Assembly (NCBI GenBank): GCA_002633005.1 | Contig: NMRA01000034.1 | Location: 1,493,795-1,557,794, forward strand | DNA from: Phoronis australis | Lineage: Eukaryota; Animalia; Phoronida | Direction: 5' to 3' | DNA: 64,000 bases | Notes under the pieces: generated by a model | What the model was told of the DNA's origin: nothing | Databases searched by the model: none | Seen by the model: only the letters and a program-made list of their open reading frames with translations | Translations under genes and position numbers: made by a program | In this document: positions 34,793 to 48,249 of the stretch, piece by piece | Layout of the letters: each line of letters begins with the position of its first letter | Position numbering within the stretch: position 1 is the first letter of the stretch

Positions 34793-37542
34793 ACCGCGTA
34801 TTATGCTTGATACTATGGCCGGTTTCGGAATGCTGACCACAGCACCCACAATGCACCATTTTAACATAATTTCAATATGGCGTCGCTGCAAATCCGCTAA
34901 TAGAACATTTAGTCTCCATCAGTCACACACCTGATAATGTTGTTTGTGGTATGTGTTTGTCAATATTTTTTGTTGTTTTCCATGATTCTCATTATGTGTT
35001 TATACAAGTGTTTGCCTTATAAGTGAAATTTACTGAAAACTCATACAAAAAGTTAGCCTGACTACGGCCTTAGGTGTGTATGTTTTGTTAATCGGATTAG
35101 TGTTTTCACAAAAATGCAAATGGGAGGTTAAATGAAATGAAAAGCACCAATATTAGCTGTAAATTGAATCCTCCCAGGGGTGACAGATTTGAACAAGGAG
35201 ATATCTCGCCAGGAAAGTTTACGTATGTTCCTGTGTGAAGGCAATGTTTTGGAGTTCTGTCCCAAGAACATATTTTTCACGTGGGTATGTGTTTACAGGA
35301 GGGCAGTTTGATACTCTCAAACACAAAGTATCCGCTGCATTGTAACTGCACGTAGAGATAGGTTGAACGATTTTCGTTGATAACATGTAAATAAATAAAA
35401 TTCGGATCTCAGAATGATATTTTCTTCATCGCGAGTAATACTTTTATTGTGAAAAGGGATCAAAGTAAATTAAAAAATATGAAGTTGATGTTTGTCTTTT
35501 CAGAATGGCGGCGTATCGTTAATCTATGTTTTAAAAATCGGTTTAGATCTGACAAGCTGTCACCTGCGAGTACATCCAATAAAATTTTAATAAAAATTTA
35601 GGAACACTTGCAGGTCCATCTCTTATTAAGTAAATGAAATTCAAAAGCGACTAGCACGCAAAGTGTTCAAATTGGTTAAGTCAAAGAGACCTGAAACTAG
35701 CGAAACACTTTTAAACATACCAGGCCGTTGTCGACAATTACAAAACAAAGAAAATAAAAATTCCTGGAGCAAAGAATATTTTTCAAGGTGTTTAAAAACA
35801 CTAGGGCCCATTTTATCAAGGTTCGTAAGTGCGGTCATACCGAAACGGTCGTGGGCATATTATGGCAGATGCAATGGTGCGTGTTTTCAGATAAGCGAAA
35901 ATATTGCAATTGAAGTCAGGAACGTAACGTCTGGGATTGTTGGGGGTGTGGCAACCACCCAATAATTGTCGAATTGGTTGGGCAAAGAAGGAAAATACTG
36001 GGCAGCGAAAGAGCCCTTTCAAAACAATAGTTTGTAAATTTAAAATTGATTGCAAAAACGTTTTCAGGTGTACTGTATGATCGCTCTTGATAAATTTGCC
36101 CTACCCAAAATTGTGGTACTTCTTGTACCTTTTGTCATATTTTGATGTCATTCTACTCATAGTGTGTTTTTACTGTTATGTGCGTAAAATGATATAGGTA
36201 CCACAGATGCGTATTTTTGGCACATGCACCTATATCTGAAATAAGGCGTATTTTTCTAGTAGTCAAATGTTTCGTATATTTAAGGCCTATGAGCATTAGT
36301 TTAGGTAATTCTTGGCTGTTTTCACAAGCAAATGCCTTATTGGAATACAGGCACATGCATAATCGTGCCCTTCCGAAACATTTCTACGCGACCTGGTTTG
36401 ACAGCACATTTCTAGTTCTGTTAGGCTCACTTGTGACATTTTTATAACGTGTATGAGTAATATTTAAAAGTCTTGTTACTGTTGCAAAATTGTTTTCAAT
36501 GTTTTTACTTGTAAAGAATGAACGCGATTTGTGCCATAAAATCTGTAAACAGCTTGAGGAGATCCAGTACTGTGCTCTTCGTTTTGTTTTCAATGACTGC
36601 ACTCCAACATATCAAGTCCAGCAAAATGATCAGATATCCAGCGAAACTATTCTACTGACTTAACATATTTTTCCGTGACGATAGGTCCTACTACTGGGCC
36701 ACAATAGATCATCGGCGTCCTTGTGGTTCTCGGTGGATTGGTCGAGAGTGGTCGCACCGGCGTAAATGTCCACTGCGGCCAGTCCGCAACTAGACAATAC
36801 TTCATCGATCAGAGAAACCATGTAGTAGCCAGCAAAGTGGTCTAAATCACTTTTCTCCAATCGCTTTATTGAACTTTTTGGTGCTGGCGTATGATTATTT
36901 ATCATTTTGATGGATTGGAGTTATTTATTTATTTATTACTGGCGGCTACTGCACTGAAACAAATCAAACTGCATAAGAGAAAAGTCGTTAGAGTCGGCAC
37001 GGTGTCCGGCACAGTAGAATTCGAACTGTGCGCACTGAACCGGCGCGGGCAAACCCACTAGGGGCAAGGCTATAGTTTCATAAAAGCACGTCCAAAAGAG
37101 GTGGTGAGTTGGGTAACTCCCAAATTTATTATCGCTGAACCTTTTAAGTCTGACTGGGTCTCATCTGCAAATGGTAATGCGAGTGATAACACTGAGGTCC
37201 CGGTAACCTGCAGAAACATAAATGACTGAAGATAAAACGCCAGTACACCACGTCGGTCTGTGTTTCACTGATACCAAAGCATTGGAAAAGAATGCTTTGG
37301 AAGCGAGTAACCCAGTTTCAGTGAAAACTGACATAATTACGAGAACTTTAAAACATGTGCAAAGACTCAAGCAAGGACTGGCTGCTGAATGTCCAAGTTA
37401 GCCGAGTGCTGTGTATGAGCAGTGAAATTAAAACACCCACCGTACAGTATCTGTTGCTATGGGCCTGTAGACAGAAGGGTCCTAAGTAGTTGGCCTTTTT
37501 GATTTTCGTATATTATTTCACGAAATTCCAACACCACTGTCC

Positions 37543-37760
37543 TATCATTATTCTTATTATCATTATCAAAATAACAACAACAAGAATTTATTTTTGTTAT
37601 TGTTATTATTGTTGTTGTTGTTATTGTTGTTGAAATTATTATTTTTTATCATTATTGTTATTATTTATTATTGTTCTTATTTATTATTATGCTTATTGTT
37701 ATTGTGATTGTGATCATAATTGTTGTTGTTGTTGTTATTATTCCAATAATAACTATAGTA
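37543..37760. repeat. (TTA/TTG)n low-complexity tract
   Basis: Directly visible; explains the poly-Asn/Cys ORFs. Confidence 0.88.
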
Positions 37761-37964
37761 ACTGTGACTCAAAGCTATGTTACAAGACTGTCGGCTCATT
37801 GAGATTGTCAATGCCGTTGAGTGGTTATTCTCGCCAGCAACTGAGACCAATGGCCGGAGCACCTCCACGTCCGCCCAGGCGGGTCAGTCGCCGCAAATAA
37901 TTTGGGGATACAAAACTATCCGAGTTATTCCGAGTCAATGAGATAATGTAGGAAGAGTTCATTC

Positions 37965-37999
37965 CATAGACATCTTAACACTATAGTGTGATGTCTATG
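37965..37999. mobile_element. 35-bp palindromic transposon remnant (P-element-like footprint)
   Basis: catagacatc...gatgtctatg inverted termini flanked by a perfect 8-bp TSD gttcattc (37957-37964 and 38000-38007). Confidence 0.75.
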
Positions 38000-40141
38000 G
38001 TTCATTCAGTTATTCGGAATGATTAGACCATGGACTATAGATAAGGACTGCCAACTCCCGTTAGAGCGGGTTGCACATTTTGCGGACCACGGGACATAAG
38101 CACTAACGATGAGAGGGCGCTGCACACACGGGATAGAAAACTTCCGGTTTTACGGAGCGATCGTTCCCTCGTTTCAAGATTTGGTAAAGTAATGAATTGA
38201 ATTGTTTGATTTTTTGGAGTTTTTAAGACTTGTAAAAATAAAATGCGTATACTGTTCTCTGTCATGTCATTTAAATCATTCACAAGATAATTCAGACATG
38301 TTATGAGTTATTAACGCCAGAAACGTCATCAGCTGATTTTTTCGTATTTACACTTACCGGTACACTGTCGCATCAGCTGATTTTTGATTGCAATTAGTAT
38401 TGGTGTTTGTTTAAATTGAGTACCGTACGAATCAGCTCATAATCATAAGCACAAGCATTAACCAACAAAAATGAATTTGTAACAATGTTACACAATAAAT
38501 ATTTGCCGGTAATTCACACCGCTTTGTTCCAGGGGGTTAGGGCCAAAGGCTAACTGACATTGACATGTCATTTGCAAGTTGAGTGTCAAAAACTTGCGTG
38601 TCAAAAAAATGCTGTCACTACTATCATAGCCAAAAGTACATTGTAAGGCAACTTCTAAACATAGCTACGATTATGCAAAATTGGTTCGATTCATGACACT
38701 TGTTGCTGTTAACAATCTTTACTCCATTCCGTTCGTATCATCAGAACATTGGTAAAGAAACTGACCCCAAGAGACGACAAACGATAGTTCGAAACATACT
38801 TGTTTCATCAAGTGTAAATAAAATGACACAGTAATACCACCACAGAGCAAATGCTAGAAAAATATGCAATGGTAAACAGCAGGTGTGAAATACTGCAAAG
38901 ACTGACAAATGGAAGGGGTAACAAGAATGTCGCGCAAACAAGTGCAGCATGACCCTCTTTGCTGCTCATTCAAAACGGGCTTCGTGAATGTAATCAAAAG
39001 GAACTCTCAATATTTTCAATAGCAGCACATCATGCTCTCCATGTCGACTGAGTTGACGTATTCTCCACAGTTTCTTGACGAGTGATACTTATGATTATGA
39101 AGGTTTGAGTGCTCATTAAGACCTAATGTCTATTTCTCTCTTTCAGTGTCTGAACATTCTCTAAATGTCACAAATACATAGAATATATATCTATAAAATA
39201 TTATGGAACGAAGAGTTTCGTGTGGAACGTGATTTTGTGAAAGTGAACTCTTTCCCTATGACTCTTTCATGGCTTTTTAACAAAACACTGAGCTAATTTT
39301 CAGTGTCGCATTGAGCCTGAATGCCACAACAGAATTAGTTCCACTATCGAGTAGTGGAGATAACCAGCGATTGAATTGAAGAAGTCAAAATTTGGAAGTA
39401 CCAGTTGGCACTGTAATTTTCTTTAGGATTTTGTTACGCCAGCAGATATTCAATGTTCAAAAGGAAACTATTTTTTATAAATTAAGTTTTTGTACTTTGT
39501 ACACAGTGAAGGGAATTCAGTTTTAAGTGTTATATTTCTGCCTGCAGAAGAAAAAAGTTATATTATAACATGAAATGAAACCACCAACTGAAACAAAATA
39601 CCACAAAATTTGAAATAGAGAACATGAGAGGGAAAGACTCAGGTGTTCTGTCAGCCTTATTTTTAGTGGTTATCAGTTAGCACAGCACACGCAAAGTAGA
39701 CATTTTTCATTTCTTTATTTTCCCAGTTCCAATGAGTAAGTAACAGGCGTCTGGGATTGCCCTGCCTTACTTTACAATTGTTAAGTGAAAAATGGCAACA
39801 CGAAAATACAATGGAATGATTTTTACAATGACAAACAGGAAAAAAACATAACAACATTACATAAAGTGTTGCATACATTTCTGAGAAAGAATACAAAAAC
39901 ACCCTTTGCATACTATGTTTTACAAAATAGAGCTGTCAGAGCAAAGCATAATGCAAATTTCATCAGAAACACTTCAATAGTCTAAAATGGTAGCTTTAGA
40001 CATGCCATTTAAATATATTTTTTTAAATTGTTAAGGCGGCTCTCGAGTTATTAAATTTTTACAGCCTCAAAATAGCCTTTTTTCTGAAAATAGCACCCAA
40101 AAATTTCAGGCTACGAAAATTCAAGTTTAGACAACTGAGGT

Positions 40142-40390
40142 GAGGAGGCAGTGTGGCCTGGTTGATAAGTGCCCGCTTTCTTTACTCGAGGTCGTGGGTT
40201 CAAGTCCCACCAGGTCACACTGCTAAACCCTTGAGCCAGGTTTCTAGCTCCTCAGCTCGGTTTTAACCATATATTAATAAAGCATAAAAATATTTCCAGG
40301 TGATCAGTGCAATGGGCCCACATGCGAGGCCTGCGCACGTCTGATACAACGTGTATCAGGCCGCCTGCAATTATTTTTTTATAAAAAAAC
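40142..40390 (+). mobile_element. tRNA-derived SINE
   Basis: Pol III A box (gtggcctggttg) and B box (ggttcaagtcc), followed by a cccttgagccagg segment and an A/T-rich tail; no intact cloverleaf. Confidence 0.65.
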
Positions 40391-41293
40391 TATATTTGAG
40401 AATCCATAGCTTACGGTATTGCTAAAACAAGATAGAGTCCTTTACAAGTAGGTTAACAACATGACATAGTCACCAAACCACTTTTAAAACGACAAAACAC
40501 TTCAAGAATTACCCTGGTTCGGGAAAAATATTTCTTTTGTTCCAAAATATTTCAAAACAATGCTAAAAATGAAATTGGTGTAACAAATGAATTCAAAGCT
40601 AGCAAAAACCAGAAACCTAGTTTTTTCAGAGTATTTCGTCATTTATTCAAAAATCTTATTATATGAATTATTCTTTTTTCCCCAAGTGAGATCAGTGTTT
40701 TCACAATCTTAAGTTCCGCACCATATGATAAAAATGATCGTGTGCATTTTTAATTAAACAAAATTAAATTGGACAATAAAATTTCAATGAAATTTTTTAA
40801 AAATGAAACTGATCACAGCACCACCACAAGGTAGAAAACGTGTGACAAAATTATTTTTGAAGAAAATAGACTGAATCTATCCCCAAAACTGAAGTTAATT
40901 TTAAAAGTATTCTGTACTGTTTTAATGAAAATATTTCACCAATTTGGGTCACTTTATGTAATTTAGGGAAGTTTTGACTGGTTCTGTTTAATCCATTTGA
41001 CCAATCAAATTTGAGTTCAGTTTTAACCCTGGAAAGGTCAGCATGGTTCTTGAAAAATGATTGAATTTACCTTTTTTGGAAGTATTGCTAAATGGAAATG
41101 GTGAGATGAAGTGAAAAAAATTGTTGATGAATCGATTAGGATACGATAGTAATTGTTACGTTGAGAGTACACTTGCAGGATTTTTCCAGGTGAGAAATTG
41201 ACAAGGCATTAAATAAAAAAATACATTTCCCTATTTTTATCAATAAAACAAAAGTGTACACTTAAGGCAGAATTTTTAGCAAACAGTTTGACA

Positions 41294-41451
41294 TCAATAG
41301 CGGATTTAGAGGGGGTGCCAAGAGGGCTACACCCCCCTAAAATTCCCCCAGATTCCATTTGGCAGACCGGGAGTGCCAATGTCTGAATGACAAAATCCTG
41401 GCTAATACTCTGCTCCGGTCCCCCAAACACAAAATCCTGGATCCACCCCTG
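41294..41451. mobile_element. Degenerate hAT-like MITE
   Basis: Imperfect TIR caatagcggatttag / rc caggggtggatccag with G/C-run subterminal motifs. Confidence 0.5.
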
Positions 41452-42699
41452 GATATACATATCATTAAAATCAGTTTGATAACGGCCATTTAGCAACTGA
41501 AAATTTATCCCCTTCTCAAGTGCCGCAGTACTTCCGATTTTTAAAAATATTCCTGAATGCCCCCATTTGTTGACACGGATATAAATAAAAAGAAGAAAGT
41601 TTAAATATTTCGATGAAATACTTTTCATTTTCCACCACTTGTCATGCTAATATATATGAGCTTCTGAAAATCATGAAAAAAGGCAAAATTTCGCTCTTGC
41701 TGAATTTTGGATATATTGGTATACTAAGCCAGGCTTATGTATTGTAGACGTAGTGACGAATGAGAAACTACATTTAGGTCGAGCCAAAATTCATACAAAA
41801 TCACAAAATTCAAACTAAATTTCATCGTACACGACTGAGAATTCAACTAGTGAAAAGAATTATCCATTTAGCACAACCTTTTCATTGGGCCAAACTCCTC
41901 GATTCGTGAATCGTGTGTTGAACTGTGCCAGCAGGCAGGCTGATCAACAACAACTTGTCAAATTAATTCCGACACGTTTCGTAGCAATAATTCGACTTGA
42001 ATGGCTCGCATACGCGATCTAGTTTGCATTAAACACAACAAATTAATTTCAAACACAAAAATTTGCTTGACGTGCGCGAAATAAAAACCAAAGTTCACCT
42101 TCGTTAATATACTTAGCCATGAGATCGGAAGTTTTGAATCCTGCTCATTCCACACGTACTTTTGCGTTAGGCCGCGAGACTTCACGGAGTCGCGAATCTT
42201 TTTACTAATATCTGTGATTATGTTGTACTTCAACTTGGAATCCTGCTCAATCTCAAGAATAAGCGGAAGTAAGTGTTGCGTGAACTTGGAATTCCAAGAT
42301 CAAGCAAGTGATCTTGAGATTAAGCAAACTGCCAAACCCCGTACGTGAACTTGGAATCTTGCGTGAACTTCGAATTAAGCGGCTGCCTGGCACACAATAA
42401 CAGAACAGGGAGCTTGGGCTGAAATCGTTACTGAACCGGTAGGCTACGGAGAGAAAAGATTTCTAAAAGATCGAGATAAAGCTTCCGTGGCCTGGTCATG
42501 AGTACTGGTTAGTACCGAGGGAATGGAATAAAAAATCATTTAAGGACTGTATTGTGATTACATGTCCCTCAGTAATGCACCGGGCATTCAAAGTCATAGC
42601 CTTACGGCTACGGTGGTCATTTGAGTCGTATTATTTCTGTGTTGCTGCCTATTCCAATATAAAAATAAAGCTGGACGTTTGAAATTAGTGCCTGGTTGA

Positions 42700-44030
42700 C
42701 GTTTGATCACGAGGTGAATTAAACATTCTCTAACTGGCTGCAATACATTTTAATTTTTTTTCTATTACATTTAGAGCACTTCTGAGCGCATTCCCAGTTT
42801 TTTCTACCTAATTCCGATTTTAAGCAAGCCACACTGGTTGCTTAAACTTGGAATAATTCAATTTCTTCTGTAAAAAATTCGCGCTGTGAACCAAACCTTC
42901 TCTTAATGATTGCAATACAATGTAAATGCATTTTCTATTACTTTCGAAACACCTATGAATGCATTGGCAGTATTTTTCTACCCAATTCCAAGATTAAGCA
43001 AGGGCTTGGCTCGCTTCAACTTGGTATAACTCCATTTCTGCTTCACAAAAACTCACGTGGTGAACCAAACATTCTCTGACCGGTTGCAATACATTTTAAA
43101 TGCTTTTTTCTATTACCTTTAGAATACTTCTGAGCGCATTCGCAGTAATTAAACCCGGTAAATTCAACGTTTAAGCAAGATACCCCCTTACTTTAACTTG
43201 GAATAATTCAATTTCTGCTTTACAAAAAATCCCATAGTGAACCAAACATTAGGTAACTGGTTGCAAGACATTTTAAATGCATTTTCTAATCATTTTGGAA
43301 CACTTCTGAGCGCATTCGCAGTTTTTTCTACCCAATTCCAAGTTTAAGCAAGGGCGTGGCTCGCTTACACTTGGAATAATTCAGTTTCCGCCTTACAAAA
43401 AATCACGTGGTTATGCAAACATTCTTTCACTGGTAGCAATACATTGTAAATGCATTTTCTATTACTTTTGAAATGGCTCTGAATGCATTTCGTAGTAAAT
43501 TTTACCCAATTCCAAGTTTAAGCAAACCACGCCCTGGCTTAAACTTGGAATAATTCAATTTCTTCTTTACAAAAAATCGTATAGTGTAGCAGATATTCTC
43601 TGACCGGTTACATCATGTCATAAATGCATTTTCTATTACGTTTGGAACACCTCTGAATGTATTCTCAATTGTTTTCTACCCAATTCCAAGTTTAAGCAAG
43701 CCAAGCCCTTGCTTAAACTTGGAATGATTGTTTATTAGCTTTACAAAGTCACTTGGTGAACCAAACCCTATCTGGCTGGTTAAACTATGTTGTAAGCACA
43801 ACTTTTTTCTTATCTTGAGACTTTGTTGAACACGTTAACAATTATTTTCTTCCGAATTCCACGTTTAAGCAGGCCATTCTATTTTCGCTTTACAAACCCT
43901 ATGTTGTGAAGTAAGCATTCTCTGAAAGATTACAAGACATTATGAACAATTTTTTCTATCCCTGTAAATTATCGGCGATTAATTTTTACCCAATGCCAAG
44001 TTTAAAAGATGACTGTAGTAAACCCAAAAC
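42700..44030. repeat. ~174-bp satellite, about 7.5 copies, each with a ~16-bp-arm palindrome
   Basis: Landmark aattcc(a)agtttaagca at 42810, 42984, 43161, 43334, 43508, 43682 and 43855 (period 173-177), followed by an 11-12-nt core and gcttaaacttggaat. Confidence 0.92.
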
Positions 44031-44930
44031 GAATCCTCTCTGGATAACATTACTGATACACAGGTGAGTTAGTTATATGCGTCTGGCACTCTTTTCTTTC
44101 GTTCTATTATATGAAAGGCGGTATTTCTAATCTGACCAAATGTGTTTTAGGCCCCTGGCTTGGGTTCAGGAAGAAAAACAACACATTTTATCTATGAAGG
44201 TTCGGTTCCAAGGGCTTCAGTTGTGTCGGATTCTCATGTCATGGTTTTTACTTGAGACACCTGAGATTTGCCTAGGTGATTCAACGGTGCAAAGATTACT
44301 GAGATGTAATTTCGGTCCGACATTTCGTTGTTCACTTAGCCTGCATTACACTCAGACTGACAGATTTAGGAGGGCCCACCGGGGTCGCGGTACAAGACAG
44401 GACAATGTCAGTAATGCCGTTTTTGGGATTTATTGTTGTTGGAGCCCCACCCCACCACATCCCACCTACAAGACCGCCACTCAACTAGTACAGCACTACC
44501 CTGGCCGGCCGTCGAGGCGCCGACGCAGCGTCTCGGCTTACCTCCGTCGACAGATAGGAAACGGTCAGGGCACAAATTCTTGATCCTCTTTCAAATGACA
44601 AGTAGTTAACAAGTTGCCGGTAGGCAAAATACACACAGTAGCGTGAAGAGGTTTGGGGCGATTTCTTTATTGCATTCCTCTAATCAAATGAATGCAGGAC
44701 CCTTATACTAAGAAAAATAAAAAATACGAAACATAACATAGAAATTTTATTTAATTACAAATCAGTCACAATTTCAAAAAGTTTATTCATAGTAATTGGA
44801 TGACCCCCCGATGTGGATCGATGCCCGTGCCTGTCGCCCCGTCGCCCCGTCGCCCCACCACACCCCCTTCTGCACTGTACTGATTTTACAACAATGATTA
44901 TTTTGAAATCATGATTTCTGAAGCCCAATT

Positions 44931-44997
44931 CTAGACAACACGTAGCCCCTCGGCTGGCTGTACGTCTGCGGTGTGCATCGGCGATATAATTGCCTAG
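44931..44997. mobile_element. 67-bp minimal derivative of the element nested at 33851-34598
   Basis: ctagacaacacgtagcccctcggctggc matches one end and gcgatataattgcctag matches the other end of the larger copy. Confidence 0.65.
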
Positions 44998-47900
44998 CCC
45001 ACTCACAGCCAATTCTGGGGTGTATTGCCGTTCAGTTGAGTCTTCTTCCAGCACAATGGACAAATTTCCGCCGCAACAACCAGGAGACGACGGCGAATTT
45101 TTATTTTGTTATTCCTACAAAATGGAACGTAGAAATTAGAGGGACAAACACAGTGATATACCGAGAATGATATGAAAATTTAGTTATCGCGTGTGTCAAA
45201 CAGAAGTACAGTTGGCGGGACCCAGGACAAAGTTTCAAAAAGCAGGACCGTTCTGCGACAGCCAAAAACTGGATAGTTGGCAGGTACACGGCACAAAATT
45301 CAGCTTGGGAAATGAGTTTCGCATGAGAGGAGTGGTTTATATGGGCAGCAGAAGAGGCAAATATTATTTTTAAAAAATCCTAATTTGTAAACTCAATGCT
45401 CTTTAATCAATTCACTCTTAGTTGAAAAAAATCAATCCTACAGGAAATTCAATGCAACTCTATAAATTCAACCCTGTTATATAAATTCAATCCTATTCAA
45501 AACTATTTTAGAAAATGAATCCTATTTTTAGAAATCCAGTGCTACTTTATAAACTTTCTGCTAACCTTCAGTTAGCAGAAAGCCCCAGTCAATATTATTA
45601 GACTTAACTATAGGTCACGTGATGCCCTTCCCCCCTAAATACGCCACTGGGTAGAGCCTGGTAGTGGAAAGCAATACGAGTTCTTTAAATCGAAAGACAT
45701 GGCTCTTGAAATTGACGGATTTGCTACAAAAACATCTGCCTGCCCGTCAGTTGTTTGAGGTACCACCGCCTTTAAGGCAAATCACCTGTCCACGAAACAA
45801 TACCGATGAACGACCTGTGTCATGACTTCGTCGTAGCCCACATGCAGCTTTTGAAGGTATCCCATTGAAATACAGTTTCCACAAAGATCTATCCGCCAGA
45901 GTCTTCACTGCAGGATTACATATGACTTCCATTGAGAACACGCTTTCAGTATTCAGAATTTCTAAAAGACGGGTTTATTGATTTGGATGGTGTAACGACG
46001 TGGTCATCTAGCTGTTGCACTTCGATGTCTTGGTTGAATTTGTAAATGTCTTCTCCGGCAGTTGTAACTTGATAATTATTTCTAATATATTTTAAATAAT
46101 TACTGATATACAACGGTCTGTAAGTGCCCAGATTTTATTGGAAAGAGCTACAACCCCTTCCGAGGAGTAATAGAATGACCAATAGAAATTTTCCCTTTGA
46201 GTTGAACGGCCTGCTGTGTCAGATTGTAGCAATTTCCGAGAGGGCGCTCAGAATGAGATGATGTCTTATCCGATACATGCCGGATGATGCAGGCGTGTAA
46301 GTTCCGTTATTCATCAAGTTTTAGTCTGGATGACAATTCTCCACCCGTGACAACAGTGTGGTGTCCAGTTCGTTGTAATATATTTTAAGTGTTGGCTGTA
46401 TTTAATTGTACTGTGGGTTGTACACATGGGTCGACGACGCACATGCATTTCAATGTATAGATCTATCCATCTATCAATTTCATTATCATTCGTTTACACA
46501 TGACGTTTGTTACTTTTCTTGCTGCTCTTTCTAACCCCTACTAACAATTGCACTAATGTACTAACAGGTGTCCTAATATCTAATAAGAGAGACAGCATGA
46601 ACGAACACGTTCAAAGTCACAAAATGCATGTTGAATGGTGTTAATTGAATTCCTCTGCAGACGCCACAACCAGCAGTGGTTCCCGTGATCGATGACTGCC
46701 GAGGTAAGGAAGAAAGGAGTTTTCAATAAGTCTCCGAGTGGAAAATTGAAAACAATCTTTGATTTGTCGATTGTTTGTAAATATTATTAATGCACTTTGT
46801 ATATTTACACCCTACCCATACCCCCAACGGTAAGCTGTGAGCCACGGATAACCGAAATGGATGAAGGAGGACGGAAGACGAAAATCAACAACCGAAGATT
46901 AAAATTAAGAAAGGTAATATAATGTTGCTTGCGTGTCACAGTGCAATACGTAGATACTTCGAACTTTCACAAGTCCAAAGGCCCATAATCCAAAAAATGA
47001 AAATATTTTTAAAAGGCCCTGTGAAGGCCGAAGATTCACAAATCCGACATAATGTAAAACTAGTTAGTTCGAAACTAGTCTGAGGGTCTATGACACCAGA
47101 GACTAGTGATTTAAAGTGGAACTTGCACCCTATTTCCTTATTTCTGTTATTGCTTGATCATATTAGGTTGAAACCCAGTATATAGCGACAATGTGAATAT
47201 GAAGTAAGTTGAACATTACCAAATTCTAAGAACGAGTGTGGTATTGAAAATGATCCGCCGTAAATCACTCTACCGTTAATATCGCGACCTGGTGTTGGGG
47301 AACAACACTGCATGACGTGGGCTATGTTGGCCCCCAAGGTACGTCGCTAGTACAAGTCTGGCACTAAAAAGATACTACACAATTTCGAAAATTATAAATT
47401 GAAATTTCGTGACACGAGGTTCTGATCAGTAATTTGGAGCAAAATGTTCGGGGATTTATAGGCACGTACCTGTTTGAAACTACTTCCTCGGAGAGCCAGT
47501 GCCTTTCAAAAGGATCCAAACAAAATTCGGCAATGTGCACTGAGCTGATTGATATTATCATAATTACATCGGCCAAAAGATATTGATTTAAAAATCGATA
47601 TGTTTTGGCCGCAAGGTTTAGAGCATCTTTTTTGTAGTGTGGTCAAATTCGCAGAAAGGAGGGTATGCTTTTGCAAAGCTCTCACAAAAACTGTGCTTGC
47701 ATTATCGCAATCACGCACAGCGCCATTGAAGTAATAAGAACTTTTTAAGAGGTGTTTGGGATTAAATGATCAATTTTACTAACTATGGCATGTATTCTGA
47801 GCTTTTTAGTCTATTTAAATCAGTCAGTAAATTTTCTGCTTTTGATGTTTTTAGGTCGTCTAAAATGAAAAAAACGGTGCTAGTCTGGTTCGGTGGCAAT

Positions 47901-48249
47901 TATAAGGACAACATGAGGAATGATTGAATGGTATTCACTAGTTATTTTAAGTTATTATGATAAAAACACTCATTTTTGTTTGTTGACCGACAGAATACAA
48001 TCCTATACATTCACCAACAACAGCACTGTAAGAAATCCAGTTTTCTGATATTTTTCCTCTTTGCAGCGGCGTTGCTTTATTTTCCTAACCAATTCAATTT
48101 ACACTTTACGTTGTAAAATACATACACTGAAAGTTTTCAGTTCAGCTCAAATATGTTCTGTTCTTTCTCGGGGGTTAATTTCATGTAATCTTAATTGCTT
48201 TATTTTATTTGAGTAATTTTACAATTGTCAAACCACTGGATTTTGATGG

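Larger units (their letters stand above)
33380..34898 (-). mobile_element. PIF/Harbinger (ISL2EU-like) internally deleted DNA transposon
   Basis: Perfect 15-bp TIR agcggatttgcagcg/cgctgcaaatccgct, 3-bp TSD AAT on both sides, and a THAP-domain coding relic inside. Confidence 0.8.

Noticed and set aside
40142-40220. tRNA gene
   Set aside because: A and B boxes are present but the acceptor and anticodon stems do not pair and it continues into a SINE body.
42700-44030. Palindromic repeats as a CRISPR array or integron attC array
   Set aside because: The sequences between palindromes are homologous to each other (satellite), not unique spacers or cassettes.
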